DNA of 54,025 bases from Candidatus Sumerlaeota bacterium (GTDB taxonomy: Bacteria; UBP6; UBA1177): assembly GCA_007132725.1 (NCBI GenBank), contig SLOD01000086.1, positions 1 to 54,025 of the forward strand, read 5' to 3'. The position numbers and the translations under genes are program-made. Positions 35,961 through 46,462 of this stretch are shown here, one piece after another (the first letter of the stretch is position 1; each line of letters begins with the position of its first letter). The notes beneath the pieces are model-generated. The model was given only the letters and a program-made list of their open reading frames with translations, did not search any database and was not told the DNA's origin.

Positions 35961-36737
35961 TCATTTATCAGTATTCGGAAAGTAATCTTCGTCATCCTCA
36001 CCATCTTCATTTATCGGAACCAGTGAAAGAGCTTTTTTTGTTTTAAAAAACCCGATTATCACATATAAAACTCCGATAAGATATATAACCCACGGAAGCT
36101 TTCTTGTAAGAATAAGAGCTATGTACATAAAAAATGACATGAAAAGAATTATCTGACCGTTTTTGTTTGCCGGTTTCTTAAGCTTAGGATATTTAAAAGG
36201 AACAAGAAGCAATATCCCCTGGGCCATAACCATTCCTGCAACAAGGTTAATATCAAGAAGCCAGGAAAAACCATTTTCAATAGCAAATATCATATAAAGG
36301 GCTATCAATCCTCCTGACATTGTTGTAGTAAGTCCATAAAAATAGTCTTTATCATCAGATTGAGTAGTGTTGTATTTTGCCAACCTTATAGCACTGAATA
36401 CAACATATACGGCACAGGCGGCAACCACATAAAAGTCGCTTGTTTCCGGAACATTTCCAAAAAAACTGTTAAAATACGAAAAAACCAGAATAGAAGGGGC
36501 CAGAGCAAAAGAAACAAAGTCGGAAAAAGAATCAAATTCAACTCCGAAAACACTGCTTGCATTTAAAAATCTTGCAGCAGTTCCATCAAGTTTATCCATA
36601 ACGGTAGAAAGAAGTATCAGCCATCCTGCATCAATGTAGTTTCCTTTTATTGCATAAAAAATCGATGTAAGGCCGATGAGCATGTTAAGTCCTGTAAAAA
36701 TATTAGGAATCAGAACTTTTGAAGATTTTTTTATCAC
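35961..36737 (-). CDS. pssA: CDP-diacylglycerol--serine O-phosphatidyltransferase
   Basis: 'DKLDGTAARFLNASSVFGVEFDSFSDFVSF' is the CDP-alcohol signature in a PssA-like context. GTG start. Multi-TM protein. Confidence 0.75.
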   Translation of the reverse strand: MIKKSSKVLIPNIFTGLNMLIGLTSIFYAIKGNYIDAGWLILLSTVMDKLDGTAARFLNASSVFGVEFDSFSDFVSFALAPSILVFSYFNSFFGNVPETSDFYVVAACAVYVVFSAIRLAKYNTTQSDDKDYFYGLTTTMSGGLIALYMIFAIENGFSWLLDINLVAGMVMAQGILLLVPFKYPKLKKPANKNGQIILFMSFFMYIALILTRKLPWVIYLIGVLYVIIGFFKTKKALSLVPINEDGEDDEDYFPNTDK

Positions 36738-36912
36738 GATATGCCCCTGTAAGGAAAAAATATAGGAAGTGTATTACTTAGTCTTTTTTTCGAGTTCATC
36801 AAAACTTTTCCAGGCCTTTTCTCGAGTTTTATCAACTGGTGCCTTCTTTTATCAAGTACCTATAAATATATGCTATAAATAAGATAAAAAGTCAATCTTA
36901 ATCCCGACGATT

Positions 36913-38169
36913 TTAAAAAGAGCCTATCAGCCTCACCAAAGACAAAAGCAGTCCGGCAGCAACGGCTGAACCTATTACTCCGGCAACATTGGGACCCATT
37001 GCGTGCATAAGGAGAAAATTCTGTGGATTTTCTTCCTGTCCAACTTTATTGGAAACTCTGGCTGCCATCGGAACAGCAGAAACTCCGGCTGAACCGATAA
37101 GAGGATTTATTGGATCTTTTGAAATTTTATTCATGATCTTTGCCATTATGACACCGGATGCTGTCCCGACAGAAAAAGCGACAAGCCCGAGGAAGACAAT
37201 AGCCAGAGTTCTAATTTCAAGAAATTCGGAAGCTTCAAGTTTTGACCCTACAGCAAGTCCAAGCATTATGGTAACAATATTTATAAGTTCGTTTTGTAAA
37301 GTTTTTGACAATCTTTCTGCAACTCCTGATTCTTTTACAAAGTTTCCAAACATCAATGCTCCAAGAAGTGGCGTTGCAGACGGAAGAAGAATTATGTTAA
37401 GGGCAAGAACAACTAAAGGGAACATAATTTTTTCAAGTTGAGACACTTCCCTTAACTGCTCCATTTTTATTACTCTTTCCTCTTTTGTTGTAAGCAGTCT
37501 CATTATCGGTGGCTGAATTATCGGAACAAGAGCCATATAAGAATATGCTGCAACAGCAACAGGACCAAGAAGCTCAGGAGCAAGTGCCGCCGTTGTAAAA
37601 ATTGCAGTGGGGCCATCAGCTCCCCCAATAATTCCGATACTCGCAGCCTCTTCTATTCCAAAACTGAGATCAAGTCCTGCCTCAACTCCAAAAAGAAGAA
37701 AAAAACTGTTCATCACTTCTCCTAAAGGACCCATAGCGAGAGCACCGAGCAACGCAAGAAATATGCCAAACTGTGCTGCTGCTCCAAGTATTGCAGTTTT
37801 AGGATTGGCTATCAAAGGTCCAAAATCTGTCATAGCCCCCACTCCCATGAAAATGAGAATGGGAAACATCCCTGAAGCAAGCCCGATATCAAAAAATTGT
37901 CCAAGAAGTCCGCCATATTCAGTGATGACCTGATTATCAGCTATAATATAGGTAGTTCTGGCTGCAATGTTGGCAAAAGGTACATTTGCCAGAATACCGC
38001 CAAAACCGATAGGTATAAGAAGTAACGGTTCAAAATTTTTAGCTATTGCAAGATAGAGAAGCACCAGACATATTGCTATCATTATGATAGACTTTATTCC
38101 ACCATCCTGCATAAACCCGACAAGTCCAGTAGATCTCCAGATGGCATTCAGAGCTTCAAGAAAATCCAT
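36913..38169 (-). CDS. oadB: Na+-transporting decarboxylase beta subunit (OadB/GcdB/MmdB family)
   Basis: '[27 protein letters not shown]' closely matches the OadB N-terminus. Polytopic membrane protein. Confidence 0.85.
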   Translation of the reverse strand: MDFLEALNAIWRSTGLVGFMQDGGIKSIIMIAICLVLLYLAIAKNFEPLLLIPIGFGGILANVPFANIAARTTYIIADNQVITEYGGLLGQFFDIGLASGMFPILIFMGVGAMTDFGPLIANPKTAILGAAAQFGIFLALLGALAMGPLGEVMNSFFLLFGVEAGLDLSFGIEEAASIGIIGGADGPTAIFTTAALAPELLGPVAVAAYSYMALVPIIQPPIMRLLTTKEERVIKMEQLREVSQLEKIMFPLVVLALNIILLPSATPLLGALMFGNFVKESGVAERLSKTLQNELINIVTIMLGLAVGSKLEASEFLEIRTLAIVFLGLVAFSVGTASGVIMAKIMNKISKDPINPLIGSAGVSAVPMAARVSNKVGQEENPQNFLLMHAMGPNVAGVIGSAVAAGLLLSLVRLIGSF

Positions 38170-39966
38170 TTACCCCTCCCATTCCATCAACACATCTCCC
38201 GACTTTATCTGCTGTCCCTGTTTTACTGTTATCTTTTTAACAGACCCGTCAGACTCTGCAGTAACTGGCGTTTCCATTTTCATTGACTCAAGGACAATTA
38301 AAGTATCACCTTTGGAAAAAGAGTCTCCCTCCTGCAAAGGCATTTTTAAAACAAGTCCCGCAAGCGGGGCTTTCAAAGTATTCAAATATCCGGGATCTTT
38401 AGAAGATACCACTTCTAAAGGTGTTCCCTCTCCTATAGAATATTTGATATCTCTGCCATTGACTCTGACATTTGATTCATCAGTGATTTCAACATTGAAA
38501 GTCTTTCCTTCGAGAGTAATAGCGTAAACACCGGAACCTGTAACAGACTTTTCCTCTTTTTGAGTGCCATTTTTACGAACCCCAAAGGTTGCTTCACCTT
38601 TCAGAAAAGAAATGCCTTTTTCTTTACATGTAGCCGCAATAAAAATATTTTCATCAGTAACTTCGATATTGTTTTCTTTTAAAACTTTTTTTGCGCACTC
38701 TACCCCTTTTTCAGGATCTTTATCATTAATATCGAGCGGTGACTCCTGTGTGGGCTCAAGTCCAAGCTGTTTTGATGCAAGAGAAACAACCTCAGGGTCA
38801 GGATCGATCGGAGTTTTCCCGAAATAACCAAGAACCATTTTTCCATATCCTTCTGCAATTTTTTTCCACTGCCCGGACATCACATTATTAAATGCCTGCT
38901 GAAAATAAAACTGGCTTACAGGAGTAACCGATGTACCGTAACCTCCCTTGGCAACCACCTCTTCCATAGCTTCGGTTATTTCCTCATATTTATCCATCAT
39001 ATCATTGTCTCTAAGCATCTGAGTGTTGGCAGTAAGTGCTCCACCGGGCATAGGACTGAAAGGAATGAGAGGAGAAACTTTCATTGCTTCCGGAGGAAAA
39101 AAATAATCTTTCATGCAATCTTTAAACACCTGTTCTGCTTTCATCACTTTTTTGATATCTACACCCAGATCATACTCAGTTCCTCTTAATGCATGCCACA
39201 TAGTCAGGACATCGGGCTGAGCAGTTCCACCCGAAACAGGAGAAAGACTCAGGTCTATTTGATCTGCACCGGCTTCAAGTGCCGCCTTATATGCTGAAAT
39301 TGATACTCCTGCCGTTTCATGAGTATGAAAAACGAGCTTCACTTCTTTGCCAAGAAGTTTTCTGGCTTCCTTTATAGTGTCAAATACTTTTGCAGGAGTT
39401 GCCGTACCGCTTGCATCTTTAAAGCAGACACTTTCATACGGAAGTCCTGACTCAAGTATGTCTTTGAGAACTCTTATGTAGAAAGGGGTATCGTGCGCCC
39501 CGTCAGCTCCAGGAGGAAGTTCCATAAGTGTCACACATACCTCATGCTTTAAACCGGCGGCATGTATCCTTTCTCCGGAATATATCAGGTTGTTGACATC
39601 ATTTAAGGCATCAAAGTTCCTGATTGTAGTAACCCCATGTTTTTTAAAAAGTTTTGCATGCAAATCAATGATATCTCTTGGTTGAGAATCGAGGCCCACA
39701 ACATTTATACCTCTTGCAAGTGTTTGCAGATCTGCATGGGGGCCTGTAGCTTTTCTTACAGAATCCATCATATCAAAAGCATCTTCGTTACAATAAAAAT
39801 AGAGTGACTGGAACCTTGCACCGCCACCGATCTCAAAATGATCAAAACCCGCATCAACAGCAGCTTCAATTGCAGGAAGAAAATCTTTTGTTACAACCCT
39901 TGCTCCAAAAACAGATTGAAAACCGTCACGGAATGCTGTTATCATTGTTTTTACATGTTTTTTCAT
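38170..39966 (-). CDS. oadA: Oxaloacetate decarboxylase alpha / pyruvate carboxylase subunit B type carboxyltransferase with a biotinyl domain
   Basis: TIM-barrel carboxyltransferase ('FRDGFQS', 'HTHETAG') and C-terminal biotinyl motif 'LESMKMETPV'. Confidence 0.8.
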   Translation of the reverse strand: MKKHVKTMITAFRDGFQSVFGARVVTKDFLPAIEAAVDAGFDHFEIGGGARFQSLYFYCNEDAFDMMDSVRKATGPHADLQTLARGINVVGLDSQPRDIIDLHAKLFKKHGVTTIRNFDALNDVNNLIYSGERIHAAGLKHEVCVTLMELPPGADGAHDTPFYIRVLKDILESGLPYESVCFKDASGTATPAKVFDTIKEARKLLGKEVKLVFHTHETAGVSISAYKAALEAGADQIDLSLSPVSGGTAQPDVLTMWHALRGTEYDLGVDIKKVMKAEQVFKDCMKDYFFPPEAMKVSPLIPFSPMPGGALTANTQMLRDNDMMDKYEEITEAMEEVVAKGGYGTSVTPVSQFYFQQAFNNVMSGQWKKIAEGYGKMVLGYFGKTPIDPDPEVVSLASKQLGLEPTQESPLDINDKDPEKGVECAKKVLKENNIEVTDENIFIAATCKEKGISFLKGEATFGVRKNGTQKEEKSVTGSGVYAITLEGKTFNVEITDESNVRVNGRDIKYSIGEGTPLEVVSSKDPGYLNTLKAPLAGLVLKMPLQEGDSFSKGDTLIVLESMKMETPVTAESDGSVKKITVKQGQQIKSGDVLMEWEG

Positions 39967-40181
39967 GATGACTCCTTTTTATGATGGCTGGCTATGGCTA
40001 TAGCGGCGGCAATTTTATCAACATCATTAACTCTTTTTTCAGGCTCCTCCAGAGAATCCCTCTCTTGAGGAAAAAACTTCAAGATCAATTTTGAAGATAT
40101 GCTCATTAAAATGATCATCAGTAAAAGAAATGTGACAACCCATGTCATTCCGATAATAGTGAGAATTAAACCTTTTTCCAT
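39963..40181 (-). CDS. oadG: OadG-like gamma subunit (small single-TM protein)
   Basis: 72 aa with an N-terminal TM 'LILTIIGMTWVVTFLLLMIILM'. It overlaps the oadA start by 4 nt. GGAGA Shine-Dalgarno. Confidence 0.6.
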   Translation of the reverse strand: MEKGLILTIIGMTWVVTFLLLMIILMSISSKLILKFFPQERDSLEEPEKRVNDVDKIAAAIAIASHHKKESS

Positions 40182-40274
40182 ATAATTCTCCGAACTTTAC
40201 AACAGTAAAATAAAAAGAACTTTTTTGAAATCATAAAGTTTTTAACACCAATGCTTTAAAGAGTCAAAAATTAT

Positions 40275-42119
40275 TTAAAGTCCATTACATCTTTCTATGA
40301 ATTCCGCCCCGGTTTCAAAATACTTTATACGGTTTTCCATTTTTCTATAACCGTGGCCTTCATCTTCAAATATGAGCTTTTCAACATGTTTCCCGGCCTT
40401 CCTCATTCTTTCTATCAAAAGGTAGGCATCTGTTACAGGAACTCTCGGGTCTCTGGCTCCATGTGCCACAAGAAGTTTTCCATCAATTTTATGCACCATT
40501 TCTGTAGGAGAAATTGACATAAGAAATTCTTCGTCTTCAAGAGGACCGTATTCAACTTCTCTCAGTTTTCTACGATAAGACTTCGTGTTTCTCAAAAAGT
40601 TAACAAAATTTGCGATCCCGATATTATTTATCCCGCATATATAATCATCGGCATACTGAGCCATTGAAGCTACGACCATAAAACCGCCGTAACTCCCTCC
40701 TATCGCTGTGAATTTATTCGGCTTAGAGATACCTTCCTGTACAAGTGCATCTATGATCGCTTTTCCGTCTTTCACACTGTTCATTCTTAATTTATAATTA
40801 TCAAGATCCATGTACTCCTGTCCATATCCGGAAGATCCCCTGACATTGGGAGCAACAACAGCAAATCCACGGCTCAAATAGTATTGAAAAGTGGTGATGA
40901 ATGTGGGTCTGAGCTGGCTGGCCGGACCTCCGTGAAAGTGAACTATAGTTCTGTAAGGAGGCGACCCTTTTTTTGGCAGATAAAGAAAGTAAGGCACCTC
41001 CAGTCCGTCAAAACTGCTTACCTTCCTAAGTTCAGGGGCAACAAAGCTTTCAACATCTATTCCATTGTTGTCAGTATATCCAAAAAGCTCTTTTTCCATA
41101 GTATCAAGGTTGAGAACTTCAGGTTGGGAAATTCTGTCCGGACGGAAAAGATTATAAACAAGAATATTTCCGGCAAGTCTCGTAAAAGAAATTATTACTT
41201 TCTCAAAGGGAAGGGAAGAAATTTCGCCTCCTCTTTTTATTCTACAGTTACTGTATCCTTCTTCATTTGTACAAAAAGCCACTGCATTACGGTTAACTCT
41301 GTCAAGAGCAACCCTGTCAACTTCCCATCTGTCTTTGAAAACATCTTTTTTCTGCCCGTTGGACCATATCTGAAGGTAGCTCATGTCGGACTTTTCATTT
41401 GTAAGCATAAGAATTCCTTCTTTATAAAACCCGTAGGGGATATAATTTCTTTCTTTGTTTGCTCCTCTTATTTTTCTCGACCTTCCGTTCCTGTAATGAT
41501 AAGGAACTGTTATGTTGTTTCCTGTTGCCGTATAGAAAAGGAACTCATCTCTTGACTTGGCATCTGTAATTACATTGTACCCTTTTTTCTCAACAACAAG
41601 TGTACTTTTCCCTGTCGAAATATCGTAGTGATAAATGAAGATATCCCTTCCATTCACCTCATTTGAAGAATAAAGGAACCCTTTACTGTCTGTCCATACA
41701 GGATTTTCATATTTTATTTTTTCATCATGAAGCAGCTTTGAGTGTTCACCACTTTCAAGATCATACAGGTAAATATTGTATTGTTCATTTCCGCCTATTG
41801 ATGTCAGATATAAAAGTTTTTTTTCATCCGGACTCACTTTATATGAGTCAACAGCATCTTCGTGGTCTGTTAATTTCTTAGTTTCACCGTTTTCCACCAT
41901 GTATATCTGCATCACTGACTCACCTTTTTTCCGGGCACGGTAAAGCTTTCTGCCATCTTCAAAGACATAGCCGGAAAAAGAGCCCTCAATTCTTATATAG
42001 TCAGTTATACTGAATTCTTTTTCCTTCGGCTCAATTTCAGCTTCCGTTGTTTTCCTGTCTCTTCTTGGACAACCTGCAACCAGAACAAGTGCAGCAAGAA
42101 TAATAATAAAGTTTTTCAT
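40275..42119 (-). CDS. S9-family serine peptidase (beta-propeller + alpha/beta-hydrolase), probable lipoprotein
   Basis: Lipobox 'LAALVLVAGC' after ATG 42119. Nucleophile elbow 'GGSYGGF'. 'HGARDPRV' and 'FEDEGHGY' supply the catalytic Asp and His. Confidence 0.8.
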   Translation of the reverse strand: MKNFIIILAALVLVAGCPRRDRKTTEAEIEPKEKEFSITDYIRIEGSFSGYVFEDGRKLYRARKKGESVMQIYMVENGETKKLTDHEDAVDSYKVSPDEKKLLYLTSIGGNEQYNIYLYDLESGEHSKLLHDEKIKYENPVWTDSKGFLYSSNEVNGRDIFIYHYDISTGKSTLVVEKKGYNVITDAKSRDEFLFYTATGNNITVPYHYRNGRSRKIRGANKERNYIPYGFYKEGILMLTNEKSDMSYLQIWSNGQKKDVFKDRWEVDRVALDRVNRNAVAFCTNEEGYSNCRIKRGGEISSLPFEKVIISFTRLAGNILVYNLFRPDRISQPEVLNLDTMEKELFGYTDNNGIDVESFVAPELRKVSSFDGLEVPYFLYLPKKGSPPYRTIVHFHGGPASQLRPTFITTFQYYLSRGFAVVAPNVRGSSGYGQEYMDLDNYKLRMNSVKDGKAIIDALVQEGISKPNKFTAIGGSYGGFMVVASMAQYADDYICGINNIGIANFVNFLRNTKSYRRKLREVEYGPLEDEEFLMSISPTEMVHKIDGKLLVAHGARDPRVPVTDAYLLIERMRKAGKHVEKLIFEDEGHGYRKMENRIKYFETGAEFIERCNGL

Positions 42120-42272
42120 ACACGACCTCCTTGAAACATCACAATCCACATATTAGGAGTAACATTTATTTATTTTTATTGCAACCTCTTAAATAAAAAT
42201 GTTGAGATATTTTGTGATTTTGATAATTTCTCTGTAAAGTATGTTCTCTTCTGTGACTAAAAAGAGGAAAAA

Positions 42273-44276
42273 ATGTCTGAAAACGGTTTAAATCTCAGGT
42301 TCATATTTACCGGAGGAGGAAGCGGAGGACATGTAAGTCCCGCTCTTGCTGTTATAGCTGAACTCAAAAAAAGAGTCCCCGGGGCGGACATTCTTTATGT
42401 GGGAATAAAAAATAAAGCTGAAGGCATAATGGTTCCTAAGGCTGGAATACCTCTTAAGTTTGTCAACAGTTCCCCTCTTCCTGATAAAAATTTCTTTAAG
42501 ATAATAAAGTTTTTTATCACAATTTTTTCAGGATTTTTAAAAGCACTTTTTATTCTGACAAAATTTAAGCCACATGTTATTTTTGCAACAGGAGGTTATG
42601 TAAGTGCCCCTGTGATCTTTGCCGCATGGATCCTCAGGAAAATAACCTTGGGGTATTTCAGGCCCAAAATACTGATTCACGAAGCAAATGTTCATTTAGG
42701 AAAAATGAATAAGCTGGCTGCAAAAGCTGCAGATGCTGTTGCTGTTTCTTTTAGCGAAACGATAAAAGATATCCCTTCCGGCAAAGGATTTTTTTCAGGC
42801 TATCCTGTAAGAAATATTATTGCGGAAGGAGACAAAAAGAAAGCAAGGGAAAAACTTGGAATTCCTGAAAGTGCTTTTATTGTATTTGCTTTTGGAGGCT
42901 CTCAGGGGGCAAGAGCTATAAACAGAGCACTTGCAAAGGCCGCCCCGGAACTTCTAAAAGATCCCGACATCCATATTGTTCATGGCACAGGAAAACCTTT
43001 TGGAAAAGACCACCGGTACCACGGATTTGAAGACACCATTTCGCTACTTGAAAAAAACAGTCCCGAACTTCTGAAAGAAAAAAGGTATTTAATTAAAGAC
43101 TTTATTGATGACATGGAGCTTTATTATGCCGCCAGCGACCTTTTGATAATAAGGGCGGGGGCAGGCTCCATAATAGAGGTATGTACTCTTGGCAAACCTT
43201 CTATCATAATTCCTATCAGCAGCGTATACAGCGATCATCAGACAGGCAATGCACGGTATGTTGAAAGAGCCGGTGCGGCAGTTGTACTTTATGAAAAAAC
43301 TGACCCTGTAAAAGGGGTGAACATCCCGTTTATCGAGACATCTGAACTTGTGGAAAGTATTCTCTCTTTGAAAGAAGCTCCCCAAAAATTGGAGCAGATG
43401 TCTAAAAAGGCTACAGAAATATTCCCCGGAAAACCTGTTGATATAATTGCTGACTATATTTTATACCTGTGTGGAATTTCAAAAAGACCTGATGTAACAG
43501 AAGGAGTCAGTTATTTAAAGGACAGAATTCTCGGACTTTCATCTGTCGAACTTGAACATTTTCTTAAAAAAGTCAACGCGGGAGAAAAACCCCTGCTGAA
43601 CGAAGATGAAAAAAGGCTTTTAAAAAATAAAATCGATACTTACTTTACAAGTTCAAATGTCATTTTAAGATCAAGGGCATTGAGAATAGCCGGACTTGCC
43701 TACTACTGTGAACTGTTTCCTCTTGTTATAAAATGTGCCGCTTCTCATGAAGAAAAACCTTTTGTCAGAAGAGATGCTTTTGAAGCACTTTCTAAACTTA
43801 TAACCTGTGATAAAAATTATAGAAACCAAGTAATTGAAGCTATATTACACGGGCTGTCGGATCTTTACTATGAAGCAAGGTTTCATGCTGCAAAACTGAT
43901 AAATGTTTTTGGAGCTCATTATGAACTTACAGAAGAAGAAAGAGAAAAACTTCTTGAAAAACTTTACAGGAACATTGAAGACAGGTGTTTTGAAGTAAGG
44001 GTCGAATCAATTCTTGCAATAGCATCTATTGAAAATGATGAAGAAAGATCTGTAAAGAATTTTGAAAAATGCTACTATGACAAGATATGGAAGGTGAGAA
44101 AAGCCCTTTTTAAAGCTTACGAGACCCTTGTTAAACGCAAAGTCATTGACAGCAAAAAGGCTCTTGAAGAAACCGACAAAATTTTAATTACCAGTAACGG
44201 ATATATTACCGACTACGAGCTTAAAAAACAGCTTAATTCGAGCAGATCACACATCAGCAATATGGAGGTGAAGTAG
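42273..44276 (+). CDS. murG: MurG glycosyltransferase fused to a C-terminal HEAT-like repeat domain
   Basis: 'FTGGGSGGHVSPALAV', 'ATGGYVSAPV', 'IHEANVHLGKMN' and 'RAGAGSIIE' are MurG motifs within the first ~400 aa. Residues ~430-667 are helical repeats (e.g. 'FVRRDAFEALSKL', 'YEARFHAAKL', 'FEVRVESILAIASI', 'IWKVRKALFKAY'). Confidence 0.8.
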   Translation: MSENGLNLRFIFTGGGSGGHVSPALAVIAELKKRVPGADILYVGIKNKAEGIMVPKAGIPLKFVNSSPLPDKNFFKIIKFFITIFSGFLKALFILTKFKPHVIFATGGYVSAPVIFAAWILRKITLGYFRPKILIHEANVHLGKMNKLAAKAADAVAVSFSETIKDIPSGKGFFSGYPVRNIIAEGDKKKAREKLGIPESAFIVFAFGGSQGARAINRALAKAAPELLKDPDIHIVHGTGKPFGKDHRYHGFEDTISLLEKNSPELLKEKRYLIKDFIDDMELYYAASDLLIIRAGAGSIIEVCTLGKPSIIIPISSVYSDHQTGNARYVERAGAAVVLYEKTDPVKGVNIPFIETSELVESILSLKEAPQKLEQMSKKATEIFPGKPVDIIADYILYLCGISKRPDVTEGVSYLKDRILGLSSVELEHFLKKVNAGEKPLLNEDEKRLLKNKIDTYFTSSNVILRSRALRIAGLAYYCELFPLVIKCAASHEEKPFVRRDAFEALSKLITCDKNYRNQVIEAILHGLSDLYYEARFHAAKLINVFGAHYELTEEEREKLLEKLYRNIEDRCFEVRVESILAIASIENDEERSVKNFEKCYYDKIWKVRKALFKAYETLVKRKVIDSKKALEETDKILITSNGYITDYELKKQLNSSRSHISNMEVK

Positions 44277-45370
44277 TGTTCCATTATATCTTTGATATTA
44301 TCAAGGAAAGTGGCGGGCCTGCTGTTTTCGGATATATCACTTCAAGGACTTTGATTGCTTTTGTATCTTCGTTTTTTGTAACACTGATAATTGGAAGACC
44401 TATTATTATACAGCTCTATAAAAAAGGGTTCCGTTCTTTTGAAAGAACTTACGGAGATATAAATTCCCAGTCTAAAAAAGGAACTCCGGTAATGGGAGGA
44501 ATACTGATGTTCATCACAGGCATCGGGAACGCTGTTCTGTGGTGTGATCTTTCCAACCCTTTTATAATTATCCTGATATTCAGTGCGATATGGTTCGGTG
44601 TTTTCGGGGGAATTGATGACTATTTGAAAATAAAAAACAAAAATCCAGACTCAGGATTATCAAGAGGTGTAAAGTTTTCTATTCAAATACTTTTCGGTGT
44701 AGCTCTTGCAGTCTTTGTTTTAAACACCTCTATATCGCCTTTACCGCCAAATATTGCTGATGGAATGCAGGTTCCTTTCTACAAAGGAATTTTATTTAAC
44801 TCAGGTTTCATAACATTTCTCTGGATAGTTTTCATAATAGTTTATTCTGCAAATGCCGTTAATTTTGCTGACGGAATGGATGGACTTGCTGTTGTGCCAT
44901 CTATTTTCACTTTTATTGTTATAGGGGTGTTCTCATACATTATAGGGAATTTCGTACATGCTCAACATCTCCTTTTTCATTTTATCCCGGGGTCAGGTGA
45001 AATTGCTGTGTTTTGCGGAGCAATCGTTGGTTCAGCTCTGGGTTTTTTATGGTTTAATTCTCATCCTGCCGAAGTTTTTATGGGAGATATGGGCAGTCTT
45101 TTTCTTGGAGGAACTATGGGAACAGCAGCTGTTCTTATCCGGCAGGAAATCATTTTTATAATAGCAGGCGCTATTTTTGCAATTGAAATAACATCAACTT
45201 TTATTCAGGAAAATCTCGGGTTCAGGAATTATCGCAGAATTCTTTACAGAGCACCTCTTCACCATCATTTTCATCACCAGGGTATGGCTGAATCAAAAAT
45301 CGCAACCCGATTCTGGATAATTTCCGCAATAATGGCCGCTTTAGCTATTATCACGATAAAGTTCAGATAA
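44276..45370 (+). CDS. mraY: Phospho-N-acetylmuramoyl-pentapeptide transferase
   Basis: 'NAVNFADGMDGLA', 'FMGDMGSL' and 'APLHHHF'. The GTG start shares 1 nt with the murG TAG stop. GGAGG lies 7 nt upstream. Confidence 0.9.
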   Translation: MFHYIFDIIKESGGPAVFGYITSRTLIAFVSSFFVTLIIGRPIIIQLYKKGFRSFERTYGDINSQSKKGTPVMGGILMFITGIGNAVLWCDLSNPFIIILIFSAIWFGVFGGIDDYLKIKNKNPDSGLSRGVKFSIQILFGVALAVFVLNTSISPLPPNIADGMQVPFYKGILFNSGFITFLWIVFIIVYSANAVNFADGMDGLAVVPSIFTFIVIGVFSYIIGNFVHAQHLLFHFIPGSGEIAVFCGAIVGSALGFLWFNSHPAEVFMGDMGSLFLGGTMGTAAVLIRQEIIFIIAGAIFAIEITSTFIQENLGFRNYRRILYRAPLHHHFHHQGMAESKIATRFWIISAIMAALAIITIKFR

Positions 45371-45382
45371 AAGGAGGGTATT

Positions 45383-45799
45383 TTGAAAAGTTACAGAAAA
45401 GAACTTTGGTTCAACACCACAAAAAGAAGAGAGTATATCAATATTACAGGTGAAGTGCAAAACACCATTGACAAAAGCGGGATAAAGGAGGGGCTTTGTC
45501 TTGTAAATTCTATGCATATTACCTCTTCTGTTTTTATAAATGATGATGAGGCGGGGCTTCACAATGACTTTGAAGTGTGGCTTGAAAAGCTTGCTCCTGA
45601 AAAACCTTATGATCAGTATAAACATAACGGATATGAAGACAATGCCGATGGTCATTTAAAAAGACAGATCATGGGACGGGAAGTTGTGTGTGCCGTTACT
45701 GGAGGCAGGCTTGATTTCGGACCTTGGGAACAGATCTTTTACGGCGAGTTTGATGGAAAAAGGAAAAAAAGAGTTTTGATAAAAATAATAGGGGAATAA
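45383..45799 (+). CDS. yjbQ: YjbQ/UPF0047 family protein (secondary thiamine-phosphate synthase-like)
   Basis: TTG start after AGGAGGG. '[13 protein letters not shown]', '[12 protein letters not shown]' and '[18 protein letters not shown]'. Confidence 0.75.
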   Translation: MKSYRKELWFNTTKRREYINITGEVQNTIDKSGIKEGLCLVNSMHITSSVFINDDEAGLHNDFEVWLEKLAPEKPYDQYKHNGYEDNADGHLKRQIMGREVVCAVTGGRLDFGPWEQIFYGEFDGKRKKRVLIKIIGE

Positions 45800-45832
45800 C
45801 AGTTTTTATTTGAGTTTACAAGGGGGAAAATA

Positions 45833-46441
45833 ATGTTTAGAGAACTGGTTGAAAAAAACAGAAGTTACGGTGCTTTTTATGAAGATGTGCCGGTAAAACT
45901 TGAAACACTGATGGAGCTTGTCGATCTTGCGAGAATATCTCCTTCTTCGATGAATCTTCAGCCACTGAAATATATTCTCAGCAACGACAAAGAAACTAAC
46001 GATTTTATCTACGACCACATAAGATGGGCAAGTTACATAAAAAAATGGCAGGGGCCTCCAAAAGGGGAAAGACCGGCAGCTTACATAATAATTCTGATCG
46101 ACAGACAGATCCGTGTTACAGGAGGAAGGGTTGACGCAGGTATTGCACTTTCAAGCATTCTTCTTGGAGCAACAGAAAAAGAACTTGGTGGATGTATCAT
46201 TTCAGCAATAGACAGGTCGGCGTTCATAAAGAAATTTCAAATTCCTGAACATCTTGAAATTATGCTTGTCCTGGGGATAGGAAAACCCAAAGGGGAAATA
46301 TCTCTTGTTGAAACTGATGATGAAATAATCTATTACAAAGGGGAAGATGGAACAACAAAAGTTCCCAAAAGAAAACTCAAAGACATCATATTTGATCCTG
46401 AAAAATACGAAAAACACAAATTCCACGACCATCTTTACTGA
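45833..46441 (+). CDS. Nitroreductase-family protein
   Basis: 'ARISPSSMNLQPLKYI' and a typical size and fold pattern. AGGGGGA Shine-Dalgarno. Confidence 0.7.
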   Translation: MFRELVEKNRSYGAFYEDVPVKLETLMELVDLARISPSSMNLQPLKYILSNDKETNDFIYDHIRWASYIKKWQGPPKGERPAAYIIILIDRQIRVTGGRVDAGIALSSILLGATEKELGGCIISAIDRSAFIKKFQIPEHLEIMLVLGIGKPKGEISLVETDDEIIYYKGEDGTTKVPKRKLKDIIFDPEKYEKHKFHDHLY

Positions 46442-46462
46442 AAATATCAATCTTCCAGATTG

